Source: Okamejei kenojei
Taxonomy: Eukaryota
Direction of reading: 5' to 3'
Assembly (NCBI GenBank): GCA_035221665.1
Contig: CM069160.1
Location: 34,410,001-34,474,000, forward strand
DNA length: 64,000 nt
Positions 50,395 to 62,944 of this stretch are shown piece after piece; positions within the stretch are counted from its first letter, which is position 1; the number at the start of each line of letters is the position of its first letter. Below the pieces are notes generated by a model that ran no database searches, was not told the DNA's origin, and saw only the letters and a program-made list of their open reading frames with translations. The position numbers and the translations under genes are program-made.

Positions 50395-52548
50395 GATGTC
50401 ACAAGTGATTCTGTGAACAGGTATTCCTGTTACATACGAAGTAAAAGACTGCGAAAAACACAAAAGGCCCATCTCCAGATATCAGGTATGTGGGAGCCTG
50501 GATAACACTCTATAAAAGAGAGAAGTTGATACACGGAACTGCAGGAGGCATACAATCAGTAAACCTAGTAACCTTTGCTTTCCCTCTCTCTCCATCCCTC
50601 CCACCCTAGTTATTCGACTAGTTTCACTGTCCTGATTAATTTTGCTGATTGTATGCCTCATTGTCACCGTCCCCTCCGCTAACAATGAACCATTCTACAT
50701 TTCCTTGATCAATGTCTGCTTTTCGCACTTTACTCTTCTATATCTCCGGTCTCCCTCTCGCCCGACTCTCAGTCTGAAGAAGGGTCTCGACCCTGAACGT
50801 CACCCATCCCTTCTCTCCCGAGATGCTGCCTGACCCGCCGAGTTACTCCCGCATTTTGTGTCTATCTGCGGTGTTAACTTGCATCTGCAGTTCCTTCCTA
50901 CACACAGGGTCTATAACTGATCAGGTGTGGGATACCTCAGGAATAAACCCCAACATTCGGCAAGTGATGGGGAGCTGGGGCTAGTTGTTGGTGCTGTGGA
51001 TGGGAGATGGGTTTATAGACTCGGTGCCGGTGGGAGGAGACCACTAGTCCGTTGGGACAGCTGATAAATTCAGTTCCACCTCCCGCTCCTCCTGTCTTAG
51101 TGGGAGCAAGTCCAATGCCTTTCCAGACTGTCCCAATGAGGAAACAAGGAACTGGAGATGCTGGTTCAGAATAATAGAGCCCCCCACACCCCCGAAACAG
51201 CAGTCATCTCCATCAACTTATTCAAATGCTCATGACAGGGGCGAGATTGAAACAGGAAGTCTGGTGCTGTGCTGTGTCACTACTGAAGATGAAATCTACA
51301 CATTATTTTATGATATGGTTGCCCCGTGTTTCATGTCAGTTCATAGCAGCGGCTGAGATCTCAGTAAACCCGCTACTTGTGTGAGTTGGTTCTTGTGCGA
51401 GTAGTAAGGACATATCACTACACGGCCAGTCTGTGAAGTGATACGAACCCTTCCTAATCTGACCCTGCGTAATGAGAAGATCGACCTTCATCATTCTAAA
51501 CCTCTGTCCCCGTGACACCCGTTGGCGGGGATAGCGGTCGAGGGCGCTTCCCTGATTGGCGCACATTTCACCAGAGAAAGGGCTCTGACATTAGCTCGCC
51601 AGACAACATGCTACTGGTAAAATAAAAATTCAAATTCCCTCCAAACCTTTCCTATCCGCATCCCTGTCCAATTGTATTTTAAATTATATTATAGTACCTG
51701 CCTCAACTACCTCCTCTGGCAGCTGGTTCCATATTCCCAACATCCTTTGTGTGAAAACGTTGCCCCTGAGATTTGCATTAAATCTTGCCCCTCTCACCTT
51801 AAGCCTGTGCCCTCTAATTCTTGATTCCTCTATCCTGGGTAAAGTATTGTGCACTCACCCTCTCTATTCCCGTCATGGTTTAGCACACCTCTATAAGATC
51901 ACCCTTCAGCCTCCTGCTCTCCAAGGAATTAAGTCAACCGGCCAAATATCTCGCTATAGCTCTGGTTCTCAAGTGCTGGGACATCTGATACGAGTGTATG
52001 CATTTCCCTTCTAGATATGTTCATCAATAACGTTAACAAGTTCAACATCTGGGTGCCGATATCCTGGGTGCTTGCCGGCCTTGTGGTCACAGCTGCTGCC
52101 TTCAATATAATGATCCACAGATACGAAGACAAAAAGATTCAAGGTGAGAAGGGGCGCTGGGGAATGAGCGGGTGATCTTATAGGGGTGTATACATTCATG
52201 AAGGGAATGGATAAGGTGAGTGCTCAGAGTATTTTACCATGGACAGTGAATCACGAATTAGAAGGCATCAGCTTAAGGTGAGCGGGGAAAGATTTAATAC
52301 AAACCTTAGGGGCAATGTTTTCTGATTGAGGGTGATGGGTGAAGCCGCCAAGGGAAGATGCCCTTGTGTATGGAATAATGGGATAGAGCCATTGGGAGGG
52401 ATGTATTTCCATGATCTGCCAGAACAGTAACTAGGGACAATAGGTTGAAGGTTCTGGGCAGGAGGATTAGAGGGGAGCTGGGGAAATTACTTCAGTCCAA
52501 AGTGTGTTGAAAGTCTGCAGATCCATGGGCATGTTTGGCAAGTACTTT
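50395..52548 (+). pseudogene. BTN-like copy 3 relic: IgC 3' end (50395-50485) and TM exon (52015-52143)
   Basis: Colinear with 3786-7157 but lacks CR1-A. TM exon DMFINNVNKFNIWVPISWVLAGLVVTAAAFNIMIHRYEDKKIQ with intact splice sites. Confidence 0.88.
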
Positions 52549-55072
52549 ACACAGAGCTCCCGTGGATTTGGAAGCAATAGCAACAAAGAGAAGCAGGAGA
52601 AAACACTGATTGGCTCTAGCCCGAGTGGGAGGAGAGTTAGAAGTGAGCCAGAGGGGGAAAACAGTTGAAAACTGAGGAATTTGGTTTGTAAATTGGTAAA
52701 TTAGGCCATTTTTCAGTCAATATTAGCAAGACAGTTGGCCTCTTTGGTTTTGGCTCAACAGCCCCTTTTGCTTTGCAAGCCAGTCCGCCGCTCAGTGCTT
52801 TAACGTCTTCTGTCCCGACAGCTTCTAAGTGTGTGAACCTGTTCACAAGAGGTACAACACCCGGGGACCTTTGCATTCCAAGTTTCCCTCCCTTTCTCAC
52901 CGCTACACGGGTGGTTTTAAACTGAATAAGGAGGTTGGGGTGTCAAATGAGATAGTCGAGGATGGAGTTAAAGGGACAGAGAGTAAAGGGATGGTTAATT
53001 ACCCCAGAATTAACGGGAAAGGAAGCTCACAAAGGGATAGGAGAGGATGGCCAAGTGTAATAGGGATCGATGTGAAAGGTGAGATGCGTAAGGAATTAAA
53101 AGTATTGTATATGAATGCGTGAGGTATAAGGAGTAAAGTAGATGAGCTTGAGGCTCAGTTAGCGGTTGGTAGATATGACATTGTGGGGATTACTGAGACG
53201 TGGCTGCAGGAGGATCGGGCCTGGGAACTTAATATTCAGGGTTATACATCCTATAGAAAGGACAGGCAGGTGGGCAGAGGAGGGGGGTAGCTCTGCTGGT
53301 GAGGGATGGAATTCAGTCCCTTGCGAGGGAAGACATACGGACTGATGAGGTAGAGTCACTGTGGCTTGAGTTGAGGAATTGTAAAGGCAAGAAGACACTA
53401 ATTGGTGTTATCTGCAGACCCCCAAATAGTAGCCCGGATGTAGGGTGTACGTTGCAGCAGGAGTTAAAACTGGCATGTAACAAAGGTAATGCCACTGTGG
53501 TGATGGGGGATATCAATATGCAGGTAGACTGGGAAAATCAGGTTGGTTCAGGACCCCAAGAAAGAGAGTTTGTAGAATGCCTCCGAGATGGATTCTTAGA
53601 GCAGCTTTTAATGGAGCAGACCAGAGAAAAGGCAATTCTGGATTTAGTGTTGTCCAATGAACCAAATATGATAAGAGAACTCGAGATAAAGGAGCCGCTT
53701 GGAGGTAGTGATCATAATATGATTAGTTTTAATCTGCAATTTGAGAAGGAGAACGTTAAATCGGAAGTGGCAGTGATGCAGTTGAACAAAGGGGACTATG
53801 AAGGCATGAGTGGGGAGCTGGCCAAAGTAGACTTGAAAGGGATCCTAGCAGGAATGACGTTGGAACAGCAATGGCAGGAATTTCTGGGCATAATACGGAA
53901 GACGCAGGATCATTTCATTCCAAAAAAGGAAGAAAGACTAGCACTTTTCTCACAGGGCACTTCCCTCACAAGGCCGCTCCCTAAGAGCTGTCTTGCTTAC
54001 AGTGACTGACAAATTACCTAATTAACCAATTTACAAACCAAATTCCTCAGTTTTCAACTGTTTTCCCCCTCTGACTCACTTCTAACTCTCCTCACACTCG
54101 GGCTAGAGCCAATCAGTGTTTTCTCCTGCTTCTCTTTCTTGCTGTTGCTTCCAAATCCACGGGAGCTCTGTAAAGTCTGCCTGTGCTTTGCCTCTCCTTT
54201 TAAGTCACCTGGATTGGATGGACTGCACCCCAGGGTCCTGAAAGAGGTGGCTTTAGAAATTGTGGAGGCATAAATTCATAGATATATACATAGCATCTGT
54301 GATATTTCAAGCATCACTAGAGTCATTGGGAAACTTTCATAGGACAACAGAAGAAAACAGAACGGGCAATACGGGCTGAAAAGATGAAGTACGAGGGGAA
54401 GCTGACCAGGAATATAAAGAAGGACAGTAGGCAGTGAAGAAAGCAAATGGAATGTTGGCCTTCATAACAAGAGGATTTCAGTACAGGAGTAAAGAGTTTC
54501 TTCTGCAGTTGTATAGGGCTCTGGTGAGACCACATCTGGAGTATTGTGTAGAGTTTTGGTCTCCTAATTTGAGGAAGGACATCCTTGTGATTGAGGCAGT
54601 GCAGCGTAGGTTCACAAGATTTATCCCTGGGATGGCTGGACTGTCATATGAGGAAAGATTGAAAAGCCTAGACTTGTATTCACTGGAGTTTAGAAGGATG
54701 AGGGGGGATCTTATATAAAATTATAAAAGGACTGGACAAGCTAGATGCAGGAAAATGTTCCCAATGTTGGGTGAGTCCAGAACCAGGGGCCACAGTCTTA
54801 CAATAAAGGGGAGGTCATTTAAGACTGAGGTGTGAAAAAAACTTTTTTACCCAGAGAGTTGTGAATTTATGGAATTCCCTGCCACAGAGGGCAGTGGAGG
54901 CCAAATCACTGGATGGATTTAAAAGAGAGTTGGATAGAGCTCTAGGGGCTAGTGGAGTCAAGGAATATGGGGAGAAGGCAGGCACGGGTTATTGATAGCG
55001 GACGATCAGCCATGATTACAATGAATGGTGGTGCTGGCTTGAAGGGCTGAATGGCCTCCTCCTTCACCTATT
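52549..55072 (+). mobile_element. Scrambled CR1 (pieces in both orientations)
   Basis: Inverted repeat of about 190 bp (52545-52737 and 53988-54176). Endonuclease ORF 53299-53930. RT C-terminus and 3' UTR 54430-55072. Confidence 0.8.
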
Positions 55073-55728
55073 GGAGTAACTTAGCTGATCAGGCAGCATC
55101 TCTGGAGAGAGGAATAGGTGACATTTTGGGTCGAGACCTTAGAGTCAAACTTCAACATTAAAAGACCATGTCATTTTAGTTTGGTTTATTGTTGTCACGT
55201 GTATCAAGGTGCAGTGAAACGCTGTTTTTAGTTTTCGTGCTATCCAGTCAAAATAAGGATTTTACTTCGGAGCAACATGAGTGATTCCGTGAAGAACCCC
55301 GTCTAGGCCACATGCGTGTCAGTACGTCAGCTGCACTGGCACAAGTACCAGACTGGCAGGACAGAGCTCCTGCCAGCGGTAAGTTAAACCTAGAGGTAAG
55401 TTCATTTTTACTTACCATGTTTTTTCAGGCAGGAGCCTCTTTTCACAGAGGTTTTCCTGCCAGTTTCGCAGCCCGACGAGTGTGCCGGTTATGGACTGAG
55501 GGGAAACCCAGACCAAAGGATAGCCGGCAAATAGATCGGGTTGCATGATAAGGAGCCACTAACAAGGCAGTCAGTGGCTCCCAGGCTGCGGGGATGCCGT
55601 GAAACCGCAAGAAATTCAAGCCAGAGTCGCTGACAGTGCAGTCAGCGGCTCCCAGGCTGTGGGGTGCCGTGAAAAAGCAAGAAATTCCTGCTGACACGGA
55701 GTCTCAGGGTATGGCCATGGGGCACACC

Positions 55729-55903
55729 TGTAGAGAAGGTACACAGACACCTTAAGGTCTTCACTACTTTATTAATCATACATCATATATAGCCCTGGCT
55801 GTACGTGGTCTGTCACGATCACTAGAGAGAGAGCTAGGGGCATGTGGGTTACAATTATACTAACTGGTGGGGCGGGTGGTTAGCATGGACATCATCACTA
55901 TCA
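55729..55903 (-). repeat. Gypsy LTR, inverted solo copy
   Basis: Reverse complement of 58650-58822 with TG..CA ends. Confidence 0.9.
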
Positions 55904-58649
55904 ATTAGGCGGGCACGTAATCACCAACGTAACTCCTCATCAAATCAAGATCAAACTTCAAACTGTTAAGTTCTCATTTAATCTTACTATTTTACGCGAG
56001 TGATTCCGTGAAGACTTCAAAGCTTTGTAATTTCATGCCGCAGATTGAAATCTCGGCGTCTCACTGCATCGATTGACTCAGGATGAGTGAATAATCAAAA
56101 TGCATTAGCATGATATTGATGCACATGTATTAATGGTTTACGTTAATAAAGAAATCCATAGCAACCCCGGTAACTCAGGGGAGGCTAAAGTGGACACAAA
56201 CAGAATGGGCAAATCCCCGGGTCAGTAACCGGCCTATGGAAAAAATTAAAAATTAAAAATTGCCATCCTGCGGTCATGAGGATATGGTAGCTGGGCATGT
56301 CCATTGCCCTGGCCGCTGACGTTGATGCTGACCTGGTGGAATGAGATATACAATCGTCGGTGTTAATACGTGCATAACCCAGAACCTGCTGCAGCCACCT
56401 TGAAATAGTATGAACCAACCTTCCTTTGTGTAGTTGTTTGTTGATTAATAAACAATGCTGATTCCACACTTCTAAAGATTCTGGTGGCCTTGATAACATA
56501 GACGTGAGACCGTGGAGTATCTGAAAAATGATCTTAAGTCATGCCACCCCTGGTCTGGTCTGCTTGCGTAGACCAGAATGTAAAATGTAATGGCACCTAC
56601 AGCCAATTCCATCCTATCTAACCACAGCGTTTGCAATGTTTGACGTCATTGTGCTGATATAGTGTCATGACTAAGGATGTAGCTGGAACCCCTTGGTGAA
56701 GTAATTTTCACACATTTTCAATAACCAACTGCTTAATCTTGTAATGGGAGAACTTGTGTCAAGATTTTTTTAACAACTTGACATCCGGGTTGCACCCGAC
56801 GGAGTAGTTCACTTTTGTTGCAGCTGTAGTGTCTCTAGAACTGAATTATTGTCAAATTAAGAATGAACTGGAAAATGTCAGTAATCTGAACCGTATTAAA
56901 AGTAACATTAACATTTAAGCAAAATCACTTCTGATTCTCCTCAATAGGAATGTACTGCTTTTTTGGATGCTATCCCTGCACTCTGCAGTGAGTACATTTA
57001 TGGCTTGATGTGATAACCTGAGGCATAAGTCAATCCATTCAAAATGTGTAAGTCAATAATTGTTTTATTGTGCAAAGGCCGGTCTCCTGAGCCACTGTTT
57101 GAACCAGCAAGTTTTTGTTTTTTGGAATAACCATATATCGTTGTGACATTATGCCTGATGAAGCAGGCAACATGGCTGCTTAGCCAGTCCGACAGTACGA
57201 ACCCAAGCGAGTTCTTGCTGACTGTTTTAAGACCCAGCTAATGAGGTGAAAAATGGAGGTAAACAAAAAAAACATTCCTCCTTTTGTAGCAAGAATATAT
57301 TTCTCTGTACTGTTATGCCAAATATTTTTGCAATCAGTGAATAAACATGCACCAACATGTCGATATTCAATGTAGTATTGAACCATACTTTCATAATACT
57401 TTGAGATCCAATACCTATTCTGTGTTGTCATCGAACTGAACTGGATGATACACCAGTGGCAAAGGAGATTTAGGTAATTATTACAGGGGACTTTTACTTG
57501 ATTACCATGTGACTAACATATGTCACCATCGTAGAGCAGCAAATTGAATTTGAGCATGTGTAATATGTATATTCGCTCAATAGCCCCTTACCCATGGGGT
57601 GCATCTAGTGTACATATTTAGTTGATACCAACAATTGAAGAATTGGTAACTCATGCAATCTCCAATACCTCCAAGTAGAGATGGTATTCGGAACTTCTCA
57701 TCTTAGAGTCCTTAGCATCAGTTTGTAATATCTGAATTTGACCGGCCACACTACTGTGGCAGGTTTCAAGTTCAAGTTCAAATGTGTTATTGTCATGTTC
57801 AACAATGCTGAATACTGTTTTTTCATCATTGTGACTAAGGTAGCTTCAGCTGACAATAGCATAAGGTTGTTAACAATGGTCTAATTGTCATTTGAGAGGT
57901 TGCTACTTACACGATATCAGTTCCTTGATTTGCTCGGCTGAAACACAGCTGCTATATTGCCAATTACTCTTGATGAAAATAAAACTCAGTTGTATAACAG
58001 ATTGCTATTAACTCCAATCTCTTGCCACAGGGCTGGAGGTTCAAGGCTAATAATTAAAAAGGTAAATCCCAATGACCAACGTACATGTTAATCCCATTTC
58101 GCAAAGCTTTACTGTTATTAGTACAGTTATATTGTCTTTGATAACCTCTGTAATGGAATTTGCATAGCATGGATCTTTGACCCTTATGAATCTGTTGTTA
58201 GTCAGGAAAAATAAGTTTTCATATTTGGAAAGTTCAAATGCCTGACACTCTCCATTCTTCATAATAACATGCCACTCCTGCCTTATTCCATGGGTGGTTT
58301 GCATGAGAACATTTGCCCAATTTCCGAACCTTATCTTTTAAAAAATAACCCTGGCCATAATCACATTTGCTTGGAATGCTATGACTGTGCCTTAATCAGA
58401 TATTTTTACCCTTTGTGTGTTGTACCAAACAAATGTGCTCTTCCCTCCTCGGAGAGTGTGATTCATAGGCAGCCCTAAACGGGCGCTGCCGCAGGCCGCA
58501 GGATACCAATACTGATAAGAACCCACTGCACCAAACCCAAATAGGATATTCTGCTGGGATGGCAACTTTGTTGTCAGGAAAAAGGTACCTCTGACATGTG
58601 CCGTTCATCCCTTGGGGTATTGTAGATGATATGTGTATACACCTTTAAT

Positions 58650-61600
58650 TGATAGTGACGAGGTCCATTCTAACCACCCCCTCACCAGTTAGTATAATTG
58701 TAACCCACACGCCCCTAGCTCTCTCTCTAGTGATCGTGACAGACCACTACAGCTGGGGCTATATATGATGTATGATTAATAAAGTAGTGAAGACCTTAAG
58801 GTGTCTGTGTACCTTCTCTACATGGCATCAGAAGTGCTTCTTTCTGCGTCTATTGCATTTTATTTTCTAAGTCCCAGTACCCCCTCCCTGTGCCGTGATG
58901 GCTTCTGCCTGTCGTAAACCTGACATCCTAGTCTTTGATGCAGACATCACTCATCGCTGGAGTGTGTTCCGACATAACTTTGAGCATTATGTTACCATCG
59001 CTCACCCTGCTGTGGTCCCCGCTGTCAAGGCTTCCCTGCTGCTTAACCTGGCTGGTCCCGAAGCGCTCGAGCGTTCGGAGTCGTTCATCTATGGACAGGG
59101 TGAGAGTGTCCAGGACCCGGTATGTCTGCTTGCTAAATTTACGGCGATGTGTGACCTTCCCACTAACCACATCTTAGAGTGTTTCAAACAGTTCTCCAGA
59201 CGCCAGAACCCTGGGGAATCTATTGACAATTTTGTGGCCGCACTGCGCCAACTGGCTCGCCGATGTGACCTGCGTGTTCTGACCCCTGATACTTTGACCC
59301 GTGACATCTTGGTCTTTGGTCTACGGGATGATAAGCTGCGCTCTGAGCTGCTGCGTAAGCCTGATCTGACATTCGATGAGGCGTTGCATGCCTCTCGTTT
59401 AGCTGAGGCTGTCTCCTCCGCTGTACCCGACCCTGTGGTCCACGCAGCCAGTCTCGCTGGTCGCCAGTACAATGCTCCCCGGCGACAGAGGGTAAGACCA
59501 CTGCAGGGCTTCAGACCGCCTCAACGATGTCCAAATTGTAACTTTGTTTCACACCGTTCTAATGTGTGCCCAGCGTTGGGGGAAACCTGTAATTTCTGCA
59601 ACAAGCCCAACCACTTCTCGGCAGCATGCCGTTCCCGTGGGAACCCTGTACAGCCACAGCAGAAACCGTCTCGCTACCTGACACATGATGATTCAGCGTC
59701 TGGTTCCCGTCTCCAGCACGATGATCTCCCCCCGTATGACCCTGACTCTTCTCAGAGCGAGCTGAGTGTGTTTTCCTTGCGAGGTGCCACTGCTCTGATA
59801 ACGGACCCGACCGTCCGAGTCATGGTGAATAGCATGGCCTTCTCTGTAAGGTGGATACGGGGGCTGCTGCTAATGTTATGTCTACAAGCCTGTTCAGGAA
59901 GATAAGAAATAATTAGCCCGTTTCCACAGACAGTGCTGTTTTGCATGCCTATGGGGGTGGCGTACTTGTTCCTGTGGGGAGGGGCACTCTCCACTGCAAG
60001 GTGCTGAAGACCTCAAGGCCCCTCTCTTTCTTCCTGCTAGACGGTAAATGTGACCCCCTGCTCGGCGTGGAGGCCTGCCAGGACCTCGGATTGGTGGGGG
60101 GGGGTGGGGGCGGGGGGGGTGGGGGGGGGGAGCTTCCATAAAAATGAGTGAGAATGTGAGTATGATGATAGAGTGTAGAGAACCAGTGATGTCCACCTGG
60201 TAGAGGCACCCCTGAACCCGCTGGCCGAATCCCAGACGGTTTGACTCGAAGCTGGGGAAGTTTGCCCAGCAGCTACAAGATATGCCCTCAATCCCGACAT
60301 CACGCCGTTATCCCGTCCTCCGCACCGTGTGTCCTTCGCCATGAGGGCAAGGTCAAGTCTGCTCTTTGTGTGAGATGGTGGCCACGTGCATCCTGAAGCC
60401 AGTATCGGACTCCACCCAGTGTTTCTACTATGGTTGTTCGCTGCGAAGAAAGACAAGAGCGAAATACGGATCTGCATCAACCCTAAGGACTTGAACTTGG
60501 CCATCAGGCGCCCCATTATCCCATGCGGGACGGTGGAGGATGTTGTTGCACAGGTCGGCCCCTGCCACCGTGTTTCTCGGTTCTTGGATGCCAAGAGTTT
60601 GTTCTGGCAGATACCTCTAGACGAGCGATCCTCGCACCTGACGACCTTCAGCACGCCCTTCGGCAGGTATCGCTTCCTCCGCATGCCGTTTGGGATCAAC
60701 TCTGCCAGCGAGGTGTTCCAAAGGACCATGGAACAACTGTTTGCTGGACTTCCGTGTGCCATCATTGTCGACGACATCCTGGTTTATGGGAAGAATGTCG
60801 CTGAGCACGACCACCACCTTTGCCAGGTGCTGCAGCGGGCCCGGGAGGTCAACCTGAAGCTCAACCCGAAGAAGTGCCGATTCCAGGTCCCTGAGGTCAC
60901 CTACGTGGGGCATGTCTTCACTGCATCAGGGCTGAAGCCCGACCCGCAGAAGACGGCCGCAATATCCGAGATGCCTGCACCTGCTGACGTGCCTGGCCTA
61001 CAGCGCTTCTTGGGCATGGTCAACTACCTGGGAAAGTTCATCCTCGACCTGAGGGAACTGAGTGCCCCTCTGCGGGATCTGGTGAAAAAGGACACTGCCT
61101 GGGCCTGGTTCCCGCAACACCAGCAAGCATTTGACACCCTCAAATCTAAGCTGATCAGCATGCCAAAGCTGAAGTACTTTGACCTCCAGCGCCCCATCGT
61201 TCTCACATGTGATGCATCTAAGTTTGGCCTCGGGGCCGCCTGCCTGCAGATCCATGACGGGGTGCAACTGCCTGTGTCCTACGCATCCCGCACAATGACG
61301 ACCGCTGAACAACGCTATGCCCAGATTGAAAAGGAACTGCTGGCTGTTGTCTTTGCCTGCTCCAAATTCAAAGACTATATCCTGGGCAACTGCTTCACTG
61401 TTGAGATGGACCACCAGCCTCTGGTCACCATCCTCAACAAGCCGATACACATGGCCTCCTCCCGGCTCCAGCGCATGATGCTCCAGCTACAATGATTCAC
61501 TTTCACTGTGGTTTATCGCAAGGGCAAGGACATGTTTGTTGCTGACACACTGTCTCGGGCGCCTCTCTCATCCACAACCTGACATCCGTACGAGACGTCC

Positions 61601-62464
61601 GATCTGATAGTCCTAAACGTTAACTCCATGCCCTCCAGTCAGTTGAAGTCCCTGGCCGGGCACACGGCAGCAGACGCTTCGCTACAGCAGCTGGCCGCAA
61701 TCATCAAGCAGGGTTGGCCAGACCGCCGTTCTTCCCTGCCGGCCGCAGCGGTGCCTTACTTCTTGGTTCGTGACAAGTTGGTGCTGCGTGATGGTGTGAT
61801 TGTGAAGGGGCACAAGGTGGTGGTGCCCGCAGCACTACGAGAACAATACTTCAAAACCGCTCATCGTGGCCATCCCGGGGCCGAGGCGACCCTTTCCATC
61901 GCTCAGAGCCAGTTTTTCTGGCCTGACATGCCTCGCTACTTCCAGGATAGGGTCTCCGCGTGCCCTACCTGCAATAGCCTCGCTCCACAGCAACAGCGGC
62001 AGCCGCTCCTGCAGCTGCCAGCTGCTGACCTGCCATGGTCTGCGCTGGCAACCGACATCTTCGAGTGGCACGGAAAGCACTTCCTGGTGCTTGTCGACTC
62101 TTACTCCAGCTGGTTTGAATTTGACTAGCTCCACTCCCTCTCTTCCTCCGCGGTCATCGAGAAGTTGCGCCGCCACTTTGCCACCTTCGGGTCTCCGGCC
62201 AGCCTGCAGTCGGACAACGGCAGCCAGTTCACCAGTGCCGAATTCCGCGCTTTTGCCGAACGATGGAACTTTCGTCATTACACCAGCAGCCCGGAATACC
62301 CGCAGAGCAACGGACTGGCCGAACGCGCGGTCCGCAGTGCTAAAGGATTGTTGGAACGTTGCCGCCTATCCCACTTCTGACACCATGTAGAGATGGTACA
62401 CAGACACTTTAAGGTCTTCACTACTTTATTAATCATACATCATATATAGCCCTGGCTGTACGTG
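58650..62464 (+). mobile_element. Ty3/Gypsy (Mag-like) LTR retrotransposon, truncated in integrase
   Basis: 173-bp LTR; PBS TGGCATCAGAAGTG; gag with Cys/His knuckles; VDTGA protease; IIVDDILVYG RT; CDASKFGLGA RNase H; HRGHPG..CPTC and SDNGSQF..GLAERAV integrase. Confidence 0.95.
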
Positions 62465-62944
62465 CCCGCCACACCCTACCGTCTCTCCTAAAGATCATCT
62501 GGCAGTTCCCGAGTCACGCATCTTACTATGTCACTTCGATGTTTGTTATTTGTGATTTCAATTTGTGATTTGAAGATTGACACGCATGCGGCCGAGACGG
62601 GGTTCTTCACATAATCACCAACGTAACTCCTCATAAAATCAAGATCAAACTTCAAACTGGTAAGTTCTCGATTAATCTTACTATTATACATGATTGCAAT
62701 CTATCCGTCCACAATGCACAGATATAGGATAAAGGTTATAACACTTATTAAAACAATGACGTCTGATATGGTCCGATCAAATATAGGTCAAAGGTTTCTA
62801 ATGACGTAGATGGGAGGTCAAGTCCGCTCATTAGGTGTTGGCAAGACGATTCCATTGCCTGATAACAGCTGGGAAGACTCCTGAACAGAGTTGTGCGCTT
62901 ATCTACCTCTTGCCTGATGGGAGGGGAGAAGAGGGAGTGATCGG

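Larger units (their letters stand above)
55259..62685 (+). mobile_element. DIRS1-type tyrosine-recombinase retrotransposon, degenerate, interior inverted
   Basis: ITRs at 55281-55321 and 62578-62618; right extension to 62685; ICR at 55917-56013; YR motif HSTRSASTS..ILMTAGW (minus, 56185-56499); ATT at both ends; empty site at about 12550. Confidence 0.85.
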
